A DNA stretch of 7,666 nucleotides from Caedimonas varicaedens. GTDB taxonomy: Bacteria > Pseudomonadota > Alphaproteobacteria > Caedimonadales > Caedimonadaceae. Shown here one piece after another: positions 7,376-7,666 of the stretch. The stretch is taken from assembly GCA_001192655.1 (NCBI GenBank), contig BBVC01000084.1, positions 1-7,666 of the forward strand, in the 5' to 3' direction. A model generated the notes under the pieces. The model did not search any database and was not told the DNA's origin. It was given only the letters and a program-made list of their open reading frames with translations. Position 1 is the stretch's first letter, and each line of letters starts with the position of its first letter. The translations under genes and the position numbers were made by a program.

Positions 7376-7659
7376 CACAGCAAGCTCTTACAGCCTCTGA
7401 ATTGGCACTGAGAATTATTAATCGCAATCAAAAGAAGATTGTAGAAGAAAAAACAACCACTGTGACGTCTCACGTCAGATCATTTGATCTACGTCAACAT
7501 GTTGAAACCGTTTATCAGGATACTCTTTCTGCATTCAAAAAAGCGTTAGAAACGATGCCTGAATATCTATCGTATGAACAAGCCAGAGTCCAATGGAAAG
7601 ATCTTCATAATCTGGAACACGCCAGAATCCGCAATGAAGCTCTGAAGACCTATAGCTAA
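7372..7659 (+). CDS. hypothetical protein, 95 aa, predicted mostly helical, charged
   Basis: Complete ORF from ATG 7372 to TAA 7657-7659. GGAGA at 7360-7364 lies 7 nt before the ATG. The composition is plausible for a soluble helical protein (MTQQALTASELALRIINRNQKKIVEEK...EALKTYS). I recognise no family signature. Confidence 0.55.
   Translation: MTQQALTASELALRIINRNQKKIVEEKTTTVTSHVRSFDLRQHVETVYQDTLSAFKKALETMPEYLSYEQARVQWKDLHNLEHARIRNEALKTYS
7463..7505. repeat. three abutting short palindromes inside the 95-aa ORF
   Basis: TGACGT-ctc-ACGTCA at 7463-7477, AGATCA-tt-TGATCT at 7477-7490, and the perfect 12-bp palindrome TCAACATGTTGA at 7494-7505. ACGTCA also recurs as a direct repeat at 7472-7477 and 7491-7496. 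Confidence 0.6.
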
Positions 7660-7666
7660 CAACATA

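Noticed and set aside
6920-7473. Minus-strand ORFs 6920-7135 and 7288-7473
   Set aside because: They are antisense to the better-supported plus-strand ORFs, have no SD, and have implausible composition. 7288-7473 simply reads through the repeat array.
6214-7666. tRNA-targeted integrative island
   Set aside because: The cassette adjoins the 5' side of the tRNA-Leu gene, not its 3' end. No integrase is visible, and I found no direct repeat of the tRNA 3' segment in 6299-7666. It cannot be excluded, because the window is truncated at 7666.

Overview
AT-rich bacterial chromosomal window in two parts. (1) Positions 200-6298, minus strand, hold the conserved proteostasis cluster tRNA-Leu(UAG)-tig-clpP-clpX-lon. 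All four proteins are full length with intact catalytic and nucleotide-binding motifs. From memory, the Lon and ClpP sequences look closest to alphaproteobacterial orthologues; this taxonomic call is an inference. A 45-aa signal-peptide mini-ORF, absent from the supplied ORF track, follows lon at 8-145. (2) Positions 6583-7666, plus strand, diverge from the tRNA and hold a non-housekeeping cassette with no confidently recognisable family. It contains a 189-aa ORF with two HxTx motifs (possible divergent 2H-phosphoesterase/LigT-like enzyme). Next is a 119-nt segment packed with seven copies of an 8-mer (TGGYTCAC / GTGAWCCA), arranged as two strong inverted repeats. Two small ORFs (60 aa and 95 aa) have good Shine-Dalgarno motifs and an ATGA stop/start overlap. 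The repeat array plus the small-ORF pair is the most unusual signal in the window. It looks like an operator/iteron array or a structured RNA leader controlling an uncharacterised small-gene module. No integrase, transposase, CRISPR array or known defence gene is visible, and the window ends 7 nt after the last ORF, so the cassette may continue.
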